Shown here: piece after piece, positions 52,014-64,000 of the stretch
Numbering within the stretch: the stretch's first letter is position 1
Layout of the letters: every line of letters begins with the position of its first letter
DNA from: Eledone cirrhosa
Lineage: Eukaryota
DNA length: 64,000 nt
Direction: 5' to 3'
Assembly (NCBI GenBank): GCA_964016885.1
Contig: OZ024745.1
Coordinates: 27,032,001 to 27,096,000, forward strand
Notes under the pieces: model-generated
Database searches by the model: none
What the model saw: the letters and a program-made list of their open reading frames with translations, nothing else
Told to the model about the DNA's origin: nothing
Program-made: the position numbers and the translations under genes

Positions 52014-53941
52014 ATTTCTTTATTAGCCACAGGGGCACAAAAGAAGGGGACAAATACAAAGGGGGAAGTTTACATACAATAAAAACGTGTAAAATGTTAT
52101 CACAGATGGAATTTAAAAGTTAGTCGATTTTCCCCAATAGAGGGAGACAGTTTATATGGGTAACACATACCCCCGAAAAGAAATGTGCAGCCCTCATCTC
52201 CAGGAGTACGAAGAGTTTGTACTCCTTTCCTCTCCTCCTCCTTTTCCTCAACCTACAGGCTGATATAGAGAGAAGGCCCATTCACTCGGGCCATTCTCGC
52301 CACTTTCACCCACCTTTCATAAAACTTGCTGGGGTACAGCACCTCTCTCTCCATCCTGATTCTTCTTCCAAAGTGGTATTTGAAAAAAAGAATCAGTTGT
52401 TGGCCGGAGAGAAAGGTGTCTGACCTCAGCCCTTTCAACCTTGTCCACCATACAACCTCTTTCGCCATAGCTATCACACAAAGGAAAACCGCCTCTCCTT
52501 CGTTTTTGAAGGAGGGTGGCAGTTTGATCATGACAATGGACTCGGTGGTCAACTGGATTGGTCCCACCCGCGACAATAGTCGTTCTACATAGCCCCACAG
52601 GTCAGTGACGCCCGGGCAGTGTATGAATGCGTGCGCGACGGTTTCTTCGTCTCGCACGCACCTCGGACAGATTTTTTTTGCAGGGTCCCTTCCGGGGCGC
52701 CCATGTCTGTAGAGCTTGTCTCGAACTGGTAGAGCTCCTCGGTAGCATTGCCAGGCCAGGGACTTTTGGAAGTTGTCCATCGGTCCCGGGCGGAAGGTCC
52801 TACCGAACAGACTGGCCAGTTCATCTTCCTCTACGCCTAGAGTTTCACCGAGCGCGTCGTCGCACTTGCTGCGGACCAACCCTCTATAGAATGACGAAGT
52901 GGAGTCTGCACTGCTCGCCGGGTCCGCCTGCCAGAGGGCTGTGAGCGCCTGAGCACATTCGATGTGCCAGTCGCCCATTTTCCTCGGTCTTTGCTTGACC
53001 CAGGACTGCAGCTCGGTCAGCGAGACGAGTCGTGGGAAGGCTCGCCTCACGAACGGGGCCCACACCGGTTGTCAGGTGAGGAATACGTAGAGATGCCGCA
53101 GCCTGAGCGCGTGTTTGCGCATCGTCAACCACGGCATCCCCAGCCCTCCGTTAGAATGGTGTTGGCAGCAGATGGATCTTCTCACCAAAGGAGCCCGCCT
53201 CTTCCAAAGGAATTGGAAGAGCGCGCGCTCCATTTTGGCGAGCGTTTTGGCTGGACAAGGTACGACGGTCAAGCGGTAGTAGATGGCGGACGCTATAAAA
53301 GTGTTCGCCACCTCCGCTCGACCTTTCAAGGATAGTTTGCACTCGGCCCACTTCTGGGTGAGTGCAAACACCTTGGCCGTCACTTCGTTCCAGTTCTTCT
53401 CCACCTGGAGGTCCGGACCAAACCAGACCCCGAGCAGCTTTACCGGTCCTTCCGTCCAGCGTCCGACGACGCCATCGGAAGGCATCGGTCTGCCTCTCCA
53501 CGATCCGATTTGCAAACCGATGGACTTGTCCCGGTTCAGCTTCGCTCCTGTGAGACTTTCGTATTCCTTCAGTAAGGTGCCGACTTCCTCGATTTGCGAG
53601 GCGCTCGACACCATTACTGTCACGTCGTCGGCGTAGGCCGACGCCGCTTTCCGCAGTCCCGGTTCCAGAGGGATGCCCTGCAATAGCTCCAGCTTCCGCA
53701 GTAGTGGCTCGAGAGTCAGTACGTACAGAAGGGAGGAGAGAGGGCATCCCTGTCGAATGGATCGCGTAATATGGAACGGCTCCGAGAGGTAGCCGTTCAC
53801 CTTGACCCTTGAGCAGATGTTGCTGTTGTGCATTGCAGCAATCCAGCGCCTGAACACGGGTCCGAAGCCTGCCGCCTCGAGCACCGCATCCAGGTAACGA
53901 TGGTCAACCCTATTGAAAGCTTTAGACTGATCCAAGTTGAT
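52014..53941 (-). mobile_element. Tx1-clade LINE, subfamily C, 5'-truncated within the RT
   Basis: INLDQSKAF...YADDV...zinc finger in one frame with a single TGA at 53072-53074; the 5' junction shares GAT with the flanking GATA. Confidence 0.94.
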
Positions 53942-53947
53942 AGATAG

Positions 53948-54009
<62 letters not shown>

Positions 54010-54360
54010 GCGGGAAGAGAGGGGGAGGAGGAGAGAGAGGGAGAGATAGAGAGAGGAGGAGGGGGGAGAGATAGAGAGAGGAGGAGGGGGGAGAGATAGA
54101 GAGAGAGACAGAGAGATAGAGATAGAGAGAGAGGGGGGAGTGGAGGGAGGGAGAGAGAGGAGGATGAGATAGAGAGAGAGAAGGAGAAAGAGAGAGAGGG
54201 TGAGAGGGAGAGAAGGGGAGAGAAGGGGAGAGAGAGAAAGAGAGAGAGAGGGAGAGAAGGGGAGAGAGAGAGAGATAGAGAGAGAGAGGGAGAGAGGGAG
54301 AGAGAAAGAGAAAGAGAGAGAGGGGGGGGGGGGGATAGATAAATAGATAGACAGATAGAG

Positions 54361-54391
<31 letters not shown>

Positions 54392-54627
54392 TGTCTGGTG
54401 ATATTTCCATTCCATCTCTAGTCATATTTTCCTATTCCTCGCCTTCCCACCACTGCTACTACCCGGTATGTTTAGGCAAGGCTCTGAAATTATTTTGTTT
54501 CAGACATTCTGTCCTAAATTTCCAGCAAGGTACAGACGGACGAGAGGGGGGGGGGGGGGGGGGGGTACTGGGATTTTTATTTTTTATTTTTTTCTGTTTT
54601 TCTTTTATGCAATTTTATGTAATTTAA

Positions 54628-55240
54628 ACCACAGCTACCCAAGTAGACCACAGCTACCCAAGTAGACCACAGCTACCCACCTAGACAACAGCTACCCACC
54701 TAGACCACAGCTACCCAAGTAGGCCACAGCTACCCACGTAGGCCACAGCTACCCACTCTGTCCACAGCTACCCACCTAGACCACACCTACCCAAGTAGAC
54801 CACAGCTACCCAAGTAGGCCACAGCTACCCAAGTAGGCCACAGCTACCCACCTAGACCACACCTACCCAAGTAGACCACACCTACCCAAGTAGACCACAG
54901 CTACCCAAGTAACCACAGCTACCCACGTAGGCCACAGCTACCCACCTAGGCCACAGCTACCCACGTAGACCACAGCTACCCACCTAGACCACAGCTACGC
55001 ACATAGACCACAGCTACACACCTAGACCACAGCTACCCAAGTAGACCACAACTACCCACCTAGGCCACAACTACCCACCTGACCACAGCTACCCACCTGG
55101 GCCACAGCTACCCAAGTAGACCACACCTACCCAAGTTGACCACAGCTACCCACCTAGACCACAGCAACCCACGTAGACCACAGCTACCCACCTAGACCAC
55201 ATCTACCCACGTAGACCACAGCTACCCACGTAGACAACAG
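54628..55240. repeat. 19-bp minisatellite ACCACAGCTACCCA(A/C)(G/C)TAG
   Basis: About 32 tandem units. Confidence 0.95.
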
Positions 55241-55380
55241 TGGGATTTGAACTCAATGAAAAGCACCATGTCCGACGTTCTAGCCATTCCACCAATCGAC
55301 CACCACCCAGGACAGATGTTTTAGTTTATCAACTCTGGAAGGATGAAAGTCAAAGTTGACCTCAGTGAGATTTGAACTGA

Positions 55381-55735
55381 GTGGCAAACCCCTCGTCCGC
55401 ATGCCACATGCACCGACACTTTCTCCAGCCGCAACCTGGTGCAGTCTACAACTAACCCAGGTTCTGCTGCACGTCGGGCTGGGGAGGCCAAACTCTCCAA
55501 ATACCGGTCGCTCTCCAACAGGTTTGCGGTCGTACCTTTGGCAGTGGAGACTTCTGGTGTCCTCAGCCCTAGGGCTACCTCCCTACTTACCACCATAGGC
55601 GCTGAGCTGGCCAACCGCAGGTGTGAGTCTCGCGAGTTAGAATGGCTTTATCAGCGCGTCTCCCTTGCCATCTCCGGGGAAACGCCTGCTCCATTCTGTC
55701 CACCGGGGCTGTGGGGAGGCCACCAATATGATTGA
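55381..55735 (+). pseudogene. CRE-like non-LTR retrotransposon RLE domain fragment
   Basis: GKPLV..ATCTDT...GSAARRAGEAKLSKY...VPLAVETSG...WLYQRVSLAI..GNA matches the C-terminal RLE pattern of CRE-clade elements. Confidence 0.7.
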
Positions 55736-56579
55736 CTGACATGCCATTTTATCAGTCAACTGTTGCTGTCGTTAACATCTGTCAGTCTTTTATACACTAT
55801 CCCATTTGCCTCTGTCAAGCAGGTTACCAACAGACACGTATAATTGTAGTATGCTGGCTGTTCTGTTGACCAAAATAAAAACAGTGCAACAAAACTTGTG
55901 ACATTCTCCGGTACCAATGTTGTCAGCCATAAATCCAGGGGGTGTTGCTGGCAGCTTATAAAAATGGAAGCCAATTAGATACAAGCCGTTAATATAGAGA
56001 TCTCATTCTGCATCGTTTGTTTTCGAGACATCCAGTGTCCTCAGTTCTTTTAATGCCGGTTTCTTCAACCAAATAAGGGTAAGGACTGCGTATGAGGCGA
56101 AATGGCTGTTGCAACAGATGATATTGCTGGTCATTCTTCTGGACAGGAAATAGAGAACTCTTTAGTAGTTAGTCACGTGGGACACCTCCATAGGGTCTAT
56201 TGTTTCTGTTAGAAATAACAGCCAAATATCTCTCAAGAAGAAGGATATATTAGATAATGTAATCCTATCTTTGATAATCATAGGTTTTCTCGATTAAGAA
56301 TAACCTTGGGATAAACAACAACAAAATTATCACCTACACTATTATTGTAACCACGTTCCTCAATACCACTGGTGTCATCAGGTGGCTGCTTGCCTTGCTA
56401 GACATAGCAGCCAAATCTCATTCAAATCAGAGAATGGTCAGGGACACCCTCTGCAGCAGCCACTCCTCCCTCCTCAATCAGGCCGTCGTCTTGTTGTCTA
56501 AGATTCTCTGCTATGCTTTTGATAGATCTGCTCGATCTTGGTTGACCTGAGCATAAACAGCAACTATAGCACAAGGTCA

Positions 56580-56930
56580 ACCACCATCATCGTCGTCGTC
56601 CCCAACAACCACTATCCTCCCCACCGCTACTACTATCCTTCCCACAAACAACCGATATCCTTCCCACCACAAACACAATTCTTCCCACCAACAACCGATA
56701 TCCTTCCCACCACAATCCCTAGCCTTCCCACCATAACCACTATCCTTCCCACCAACAACCAGTATCTTTCCCACCATATCCACTATCCTTCCCACCACAA
56801 CCACTATCCTTCAACCGTAACCCCTAGCCTTCCCACCACTAACACAATCCTCCCCACCACAACCACTAATCTTCCCACCACAAACACAATCCTCCCCACG
56901 AACAACCAATATCCTTCTTACCACAACCGT
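56580..56930. repeat. Degenerate about 21-bp C/A-rich tandem repeat (ACCACTATCCTTCCCACCACA)
   Basis: Recurrent ATCCTTCCCACCA at about 21-bp spacing. Confidence 0.8.
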
Positions 56931-57778
56931 TAGATTACATTATTGCAAAGCTCAATTAAAAATCACTTGTACGGCGACATTTACGCAACATTTTCCAAGT
57001 TTTAGTTTCTCTAAGGTCTTTCTATGACATTTAATTCATTACCGACTGAGGTCCTCTTGGCCCAGATTTGTCTCCCTTATCTTTTTCAACTCTCTTGTAG
57101 AATCTCCTGTCATTTTGTTTTGCCTGCTTCACCAAAACCACCAGCTCAGGTTTCCTTTTACACTATTTCTAATTGATATTTTACGACTTATCTGAAGATT
57201 TTAAGATGTTACGTGACTTTTACCATTCCAGTATGTTTTAATTCTTTCAAGATACTCTTTTTTGTATATTTTCCTGGTTCTTTAGGTTTTTTTTCCTCGT
57301 AAGTGGCTGCTTGGGGCGTGTTTTGTTTTATGGATATAGTTAATGTTATCGTTGTTGTTATTGTTCTTGTTCTTGTTGTTGCAATTGTTTTTGTTACTAA
57401 TGTTGCTGTTGTTATTGTTGTTGTTCTTCTTTTCTTTACCCCTTAATCTTTTCATTTTCAAAGCTGTAAAACATTTTCTTTTTCTTTGTTGTATTTTAGT
57501 TTAAAATCTAAATTCTAGACACTCTGATATGTTTCTGCTAAAAATTGGTCATTTAGGAAAGCAGCGGTTGGTATTTGGTTTTAGTTATATTTTATTCTAT
57601 CTTAATCTCTTTACGAAATCAAACTCCCAGATCCGGTACTTCGTTGAAACCCCTCTCTTGTAAAGTCTGTATTGGTCAACTAACTTTCCTACGCTGCTCC
57701 ATGTCTATTTTCTTTCGAGCTGAGCCGCTATCAACGAGGTTCAGTATACAATGGTGTGTCCAGTATTGAAATATTGGT

Positions 57779-57926
57779 TGCCGATTCAGGCACAAGGCCA
57801 ACAATTTGGGGGGGGGGGAATTGATTACATCGACCCCAGTGCATTACAGGTACTTTATTATATCAACCTCGTAAGGATGAAAGGCAAAGCTAACCTCGGC
57901 AGGATTTGAACTCAGATCGTAAAGGG
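57779..57926 (-). mobile_element. SINE family 1 copy
   Basis: Reverse-complement core and tail. Confidence 0.8.
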
Positions 57927-58049
57927 TGAAATATTGTTTGTTCAATAGCTTCTCAGCAGCGATACTTCCAGTATTGAAATAACATTTTTTTCCTATTAAT
58001 TCATATAAGTGGAGCATAGATTAAATATTACCAGCGATATCAGATTTTC

Positions 58050-58255
58050 GTTGCTGAGTGGTAACAGAAATGGATTCGCAATCGTGAGGTTGTGAGTTCG
58101 ATTCCTGGACCGACCGATGGGTTATGTCCTTGAGAAAGACACTTTATTTAACGTTGCTCCTTCTGCCTGGAGTTGGGACCGATAGAGAGTATTAGCAATT
58201 AGAAAGACCAACGGAAACATTGTTTCCTCGATCCGATTTGACGAAAGTCGATCGA
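58050..58255 (+). mobile_element. SINE family 2 copy
   Basis: B-box GAGTTCGATTCC; homologous to 32353-32523. Confidence 0.8.
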
Positions 58256-58411
58256 CTATCGATATATACAAGGTTTGCGAAAAGTTTTGATATTATTTCA
58301 TTGAGCTCCGGCCATGACTCACCCACTCAATGAATCTATAAGAAAACGTATATATATATATATATCCGTATGTAGTTGACGGCTGAGAGAAAAGCGTACT
58401 CAACACAGTGT

Positions 58412-58461
58412 TCTTGTCTGATGACCCCGCGATAAACTGGCGAAACTCCTGAATAAAAAGA
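58412..58461 (+). ncRNA. Degenerate hammerhead motif (related to 17083-17139)
   Basis: TCTTGT-CTGATGA...GAAACTCCTGAATA-AAAAGA; several stem mismatches. Confidence 0.45.
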
Positions 58462-59555
58462 CTCACGATATGTATCAATTGCTATTCTTGTTGACAGATG
58501 AGAGGTGTGCATTTTCAGAGGCCCCACACAAGGCGCTTTATATTATAGTATGCTGGTATAGTCACTGCTTCCGTCTCTTTTGCTCGCCCCATATCTCTCT
58601 ATTATAATCAAATGGGGAACTACACGTTGGCCACCCCGCGGCCACGGCGGACTGAATACAGAAGGCATATAAATTCATTGCTTTCAAAATAGAGTGTACC
58701 GCTACAGTCCACTGTCGAAATAGAATTTCTTTAAAACGTTAGCATCACTTTGAAATAAATATTTTCTCGGCTCATCTTACCGATGCATTGGGTTTGCTTA
58801 CGAGGGTGATTGATTATTCCAGCGTCCTAGCTTCAATATCACTCAAGACAGGACTGCGAGTGTATTGGTTTGTCTCAAAAGTTATTAGAAGGTGGCTACA
58901 GTGTCCTTTGTTGTGACATGTGATTCAGTATTTGGGTTTTCTCCCATCCCGTGTTTGTTCTATCGATTCCAGAGTCAGGCGTGATCAATACCGATCATAC
59001 CTAGAGTTGATCGATCGCAAAACGCGCGTCATATGTGAATAAACATAATGAAGGAGAAGAAGAATATTCTGTATATTAAAATGTTAGTCAATTTATTAAA
59101 CTGGCTTGAGTAAACTATGCTATGAATAATAGGCAAAAACAATTCCGTAGTTTTCCCCTGCAAAGTTCAGACATTCCCTTAAGAATGAAATCTTACTATC
59201 TTGAAATTGTTTTCCCCTTATCTCTTACCACTTCCCTTAACGTTTTATAATAAAGATGTTATGAACTTACAATCTTTTTAGCTTGTTCTTGATAAATAAA
59301 GTTGCTAATCTGATATGATAAACGGTATTTAAATATTGAATGAAATGTTAATGTTATTACTGGCAGAACTGTATAGGTTTGTCGTAGATTTATCTAGGAC
59401 ATTATATAAGTCGTTACTGTCTTTAGTCTAAAACTATTTCTGTATATCCGGATTGCAGTTACTACTACATGGTGTACCATGGTAACCAATTCTCAAAATA
59501 CATAAACAATAGTTTAGATTTAGTGGGTTTATAATACAATTATCGGTGCCGAAAT

Positions 59556-59632
<77 letters not shown>

Positions 59633-59724
59633 TACCCATGCCCGAGATTTTCTTTCATTAGAAATACTTTGTGCTGCTCTTTATTTTTTCTTTATTTTTC
59701 CTACTAAATATATACTGGCAGTGA

Positions 59725-59995
59725 AGGCGGCGAATTTCCAGAGTCGTTGAAACGTTGGATAGAATGCTGTGTGGTATTTGATCTGGCCCTCAGTTCAAAT
59801 CCCGCCGAGGTCAACTTTGCCTTTCATCCATTCGAGGTCGAAAAAACGTGTACCAGTCCGTCGCTTCTCCTTCTATATCCTTTCTCACTGACCCTCTCGC
59901 CCCTTCTTGGGGAGAAATCGGCTATGTTCAGACCTGGAAAGGGATGGGCTCTACCAGGTTTAAAATGCCCAAGAAGCGTCGTATCTCACTCTGAT
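59725..59995 (+). mobile_element. Composite SINE (family 1 head with the alternative 3' module)
   Basis: Homologous to 8137-8480. Confidence 0.7.
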
Positions 59996-60698
59996 GCCTC
60001 TATGTATTAACAGTGCTGTCACTGGTGGTGGGTACCAGACCAGGTGACGCTATCAAAAAGGGTAAGTCTAAATAGCAACCTGTCTATAAATGTTTTGTAC
60101 TGTGTTTTGACAGAAATCTACTTTTATAATATTTATAAGTGAGCTTCTACTTTAAGCCTAAGTCCAACAATTTTAGGAAGAGTAAATCTATTACACCTAC
60201 CCCAGTATTTTACTGGTACTTTATGTTATTAACACTGCAAGGATGAAAGATGAAGTTGACCTTGGAGGGGTTTGAACTCATGGCCCTTTATGTTCTGAGT
60301 TCAAATCCTGTTGAGGTTGAATCTGCCTTTCATTTTTTTTCCGAGGTTGATAAAATAAAGTCCCAGGCGATTTAATCAATTTCCACCCACAAAATAAATT
60401 ACTGGCCTTGTACCTACAGTAAATACCATTATCGGTGAACTCACTTTACTCATGGAGAATGATTTTAAAAGATGATAAATCCAAATAAATAGTTATTAGA
60501 ATATAAGCACGCATATATAAAGTTATCTGAATCTTGTATCCAGGTAATATTACAAGTTAAAAAGATTGTTTTAACTCTAAAAACATACAGTATTAACATC
60601 ATTGAGTTAAGAAAATGAAAGGATTTATGTGATTTCTTATTCATTGAGAAACTGTGTGAAGTTCGGGTCGGATCAAAGTATAACAGACACACACTTTA

Positions 60699-60785
<87 letters not shown>

Positions 60786-61076
60786 TGTGTGTATGTATAT
60801 ATGTATGTATGTATATATATATATATATATATATATGTAGAGAAGTGAACTGGCAGAAGAGAGTGACAGGTAAAGGTGGATAGAGACTCGTGCCTCTATC
60901 CACTATTTTCCGTCTCCACAGGTAAGTTACCTGATTTATTCGACTATTTTATAATGTCTGGCGTTTTCACGCGGCTACTGAGATAGCTGTAACATAATCA
61001 CATCTTAAACTATTCATAACGAGACATATGTATGTTTATTATACATATACATACCGTATGTGCCTTCATATACACT

Positions 61077-61134
<58 letters not shown>

Positions 61135-61229
61135 CAGTCGATCGACTTTCGTCAAATCGGACCTAGGAAACAATGTTTCCTTTGGTCTATCTAATTGCTA
61201 ATACTATTTACTGGTCGTAATTGAGGTAG

Positions 61230-61297
<68 letters not shown>

Positions 61298-61354
61298 GTG
61301 GGAAAGTGAAAAATCGGAGAATAGACCGTTAAAACATGTTTATTGAAAATATCA

Positions 61355-61390
61355 CCTACGTACGTTTCGCCCAGTTGGGCTTCTCAAGGG
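61355..61390 (-). ncRNA. Hammerhead motif, U3-A8 core variant
   Basis: Minus strand: TTGAGAA, GCCC-AACT-GGGC, GAAA, palindromic ACGTACGT, GTA triplet; stem I only 2-3 bp. Confidence 0.5.
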
Positions 61391-61522
61391 CATAAACAAT
61401 CACAAGTGTTCCTTATATAGTTTGGAAAGAGTTTTGGGGGTTAAATCGACATCAAGATTCATTGTTCGCAAAAATATCTTCCTACATATATATATATATA
61501 TATATGTAGGAAGATATCCTAC

Positions 61523-61570
<48 letters not shown>

Positions 61571-61763
61571 GTAGGAAAAGAGTCAGGATCCCGACAGCTG
61601 AGCTCCGTTTCGACAGCTAGATCCGGAGACCGGATCTTTTCCTATTATCCACTCTACTACTCTAAGTATCGAGTATTCTGGTGCGTTATGGTGCACCTGG
61701 TTCCTTACTACACTTTCTTTGTTTATATATATATATTTTTTTTTTTCTACTAACATTACAAGG

Positions 61764-61848
61764 GGTCCGACGAGCCGCGGATTACAGAGTTGGGTAAGAT
61801 CGATACAGATCGAACCTTGAGCTGATCAGTGGCGAAACGTGCGTCACC
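61764..61848 (+). ncRNA. Hammerhead motif with extended stem II and CCGACGA core
   Basis: GGT/ACC stem I, CCGACGA, GCCGC/GTGGC closing a long stem with a TCGAT/ATCGA tip, GAAACGTGCGTC. Confidence 0.55.
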
Positions 61849-62012
61849 AACCAATAAATGTAATGAAGGAGTAACCGATCGTCCTTGTTATCTTTCACTT
61901 TAATACACTCTGTCTAGCTCTACACCTCGACACTGAAGTGAACCTAAACATCGAATGCTCACCCGGGTGTAACTCCAAGTTACACTCCCTGGATATATAT
62001 ATATATATATAT

Positions 62013-62140
62013 AACGCGGGCTTCTGGGCAGTTTCCGTCCACCAACAAAGTATAAGACAACTCCACTCTATAGTAAAAGCCACTTGTCCATGAGACTCCA
62101 TATTGGGATCAAATCTGGAAACACATAGTCTGGAAAAGAA
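62013..62140 (-). mobile_element. Diverged SINE fragment (family 3)
   Basis: Reverse complement has a decayed B-box (GATTTGATCCC), GGACAAGTG..TACTATAG and a GACGGAAACTG..AGAAGCCCG tail before (TA)n. Confidence 0.5.
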
Positions 62141-62698
62141 CGTCGTAGCTACCCAGGTACGTATGCACGAGCTTGTACGGCGTAGCTACCCTGGTACGTA
62201 TGCTCGAGCTTATACGTCGTAGCTACCCAGGTACGTATGCACGAGCTTATACGTCGTAGCTACCCAGGTACGTATGCACGAGCTTGTACGGCGTAGCTAC
62301 CCAGGTACGTATGCTCGAGCTTATACGGCGTAGCTACCCAGGTACGTATGCACGAGCTTGTACGGCGTAGCTACCCAGGTACGTATGCACGAGCTTATAC
62401 GGCGTAGCTACCCAGGTACGTATGCTCGAGCTTATACGGCGTAGCTACCCAGGTACGTATGCTCGAGCTTATACGGCGTAGCTACCCAGGTACGTATGCA
62501 CAAGCTTGTACGGCGTAGCTACCCAGGTACGTATGCACGAGCTTATACGGCGTAGCTACCCAGGTACGTATGCACGAGCTTATACGGCGTAGCTACCCAG
62601 GTACGTATGCTCGAGCTTATACGTCATAGCTACCCAGGTACGTATGCACGAGCTTATACGTCGTAGCTACCCTGGTACGTATGCACAAGCTTATACGT
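62141..62698. repeat. 37-bp CpG-rich minisatellite CG(T/G)CGTAGCTACCCAGGTACGTATGC(A/T)CGAGCTT(A/G)TA
   Basis: About 15 near-identical contiguous units, no spacers. Confidence 0.95.
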
Positions 62699-62939
62699 CC
62701 CATCACAAAATTAGTAAGGTTTTTTTGTGATGTTTTCTTTTAAATTCTTTGAAATATGTTCGTATATAACAAAAATGTCTTTGCTCTGGTCAATGAATAA
62801 AAAATACTCACTCAATGATATATAGTTTCCGGTTGAAATTAATGTCAAAATAGTAAATGTATTTATAGAGAAGAATGAAACGAACACGTGTTGCTGCAGA
62901 GTTTCATTTTAAACATTTAAAATATCAATCCCAAATCAA

Positions 62940-63320
62940 AGCCTTCTCAAACTTCTTGGAGGAACTCCTCCCTGGTTGACCTTCCCCACTTTCTATCTCG
63001 GGCCATGTGGGGGCGAGGTATCGGGTGTGATCATCACTTGGCCGGCCTCTGTTTCTTCTCCACTGCTTTCGTGACCACTCTATCACTCTAATAGTTCACC
63101 TGTTGTCTCTAAACGAGAGACGTGGCCAGCCCATCTATGTGTGTCTTTCTTCGTGCTCTCAATTATGTTCTTCATGCTAGTCTGCTGTCGAATCCAGGTG
63201 TTGTTCTTCCTGTCACGCAAGGTGATGCCGAGCATGGTTCGCTCCATTTTACGTTGGGCTACTGCAAGAGTCTCTGTTATGGTGGTGTTGAGTGCCCACG
63301 TCTCTCTTCCATATGTCATA
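62940..63320 (-). pseudogene. RTE-clade LINE fragment (RT C-terminal region)
   Basis: TYGRETW...AQRKMERTMLGITLRDRKNNTWIRQQT...RWAGHVSR is the RTE YG.ETW...W.GHV.R signature. Confidence 0.85.
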
Positions 63321-64000
63321 ACAGTTAAACGTAAATTGAAAGGGAAGTAATTGTAATGAACTCACCACACCAGTCCATTTGTGATAGCTATAAAACAACC
63401 TTTTGATTTAAGACAAAACACTAAAGTAGGGTCGTTTGATCAGATTTATTGAATCTAGTGAAGATTCTACTGGGAGTCGAAACTTTAATCATCTAATCAT
63501 GCTTGTTCAACTTTATGGAATATAGTCATTGAGCCTGCCTGCTTTCTAAAGTTTGTTGTTGCATGGGAAATAATTCTCGGTATATATGAAAGTTATTTCC
63601 CTTGAACGACAAGTTCTGTATTTAGGAAAAATTTTATTTAATATTTCATCTTTTAAAAGACAAGTTTATATATTTTTTTTTAATTTTAGTAAACCTGTGA
63701 TAAAAAGCATTCCATCTGTGACCATCCCGTTTTTAGGAGTATGACTATGATTACTTTATCTCATTTGACTACTGAGTGTATTGAAGGAGATTTAGCAGCT
63801 ATTTGTAACATGTCGACCGACCTCATACAGCCTTTACTGTTGGTTCGGAAAATGCAAATACGATAAGATAAAAACGGTGGAGTGACACAATTGTATTTAC
63901 AGTTTGTTATATGAGAAGAAAGGCGGAAGAAAAAAGTTGACTAACGATATCAGCTATGATAAATATACACCTATCAAAAAATAGGCTATTATGTTTCATA

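Noticed and set aside
53942-54415. N-terminal half of the 447-aa ORF 53072-54415
   Set aside because: Ser/Leu/Pro low-complexity read-through of a GA-rich tract fused by chance to a truncated RT.
62141-62698. 37-bp repeats of CRISPR-like length
   Set aside because: Units are contiguous with no unique spacers, there are no cas genes, and the context is eukaryotic.

Overview
Repeat-saturated, AT-rich eukaryotic DNA with no recognisable host protein-coding gene. The SINE families and microsatellite load suggest an octopod cephalopod, most likely intronic or intergenic (inference). The main element is a Tx1-clade (L1 superfamily) non-LTR retrotransposon. One near-full-length copy lies at 40538-45807 (minus strand; ORF1 with a CCHC knuckle, intact 1145-aa APE-RT-zinc-finger ORF2), and eight 5'-truncated copies make up two head-to-tail arrays. 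Four subfamilies are each present twice, plus a 17-nt micro-copy. All nine copies sit inside (GATA)n tracts, in the same orientation and without a poly(A) tail, which points to a (GATA)n-microsatellite-targeting retrotransposon. Their 3'UTRs carry three covarying RNA hairpins. A second layer is a dense set of sequence-diverse type I hammerhead ribozyme motifs (about 10 fully foldable, several partial). These lie in Penelope-like remnants next to (TA)n and often in fold-back inverted repeats. Also present are a Penelope GIY-YIG fragment, RTE, R4/Dong-like and CRE-like relics, a Helitron-like fold-back element, many tRNA-type SINEs, minisatellites (19, 20, 37 and about 38 bp) and very long microsatellites. 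Most long ORFs in the track are microsatellite artefacts. All alignments and folds were done by eye, and boundaries are approximate to a few bases.
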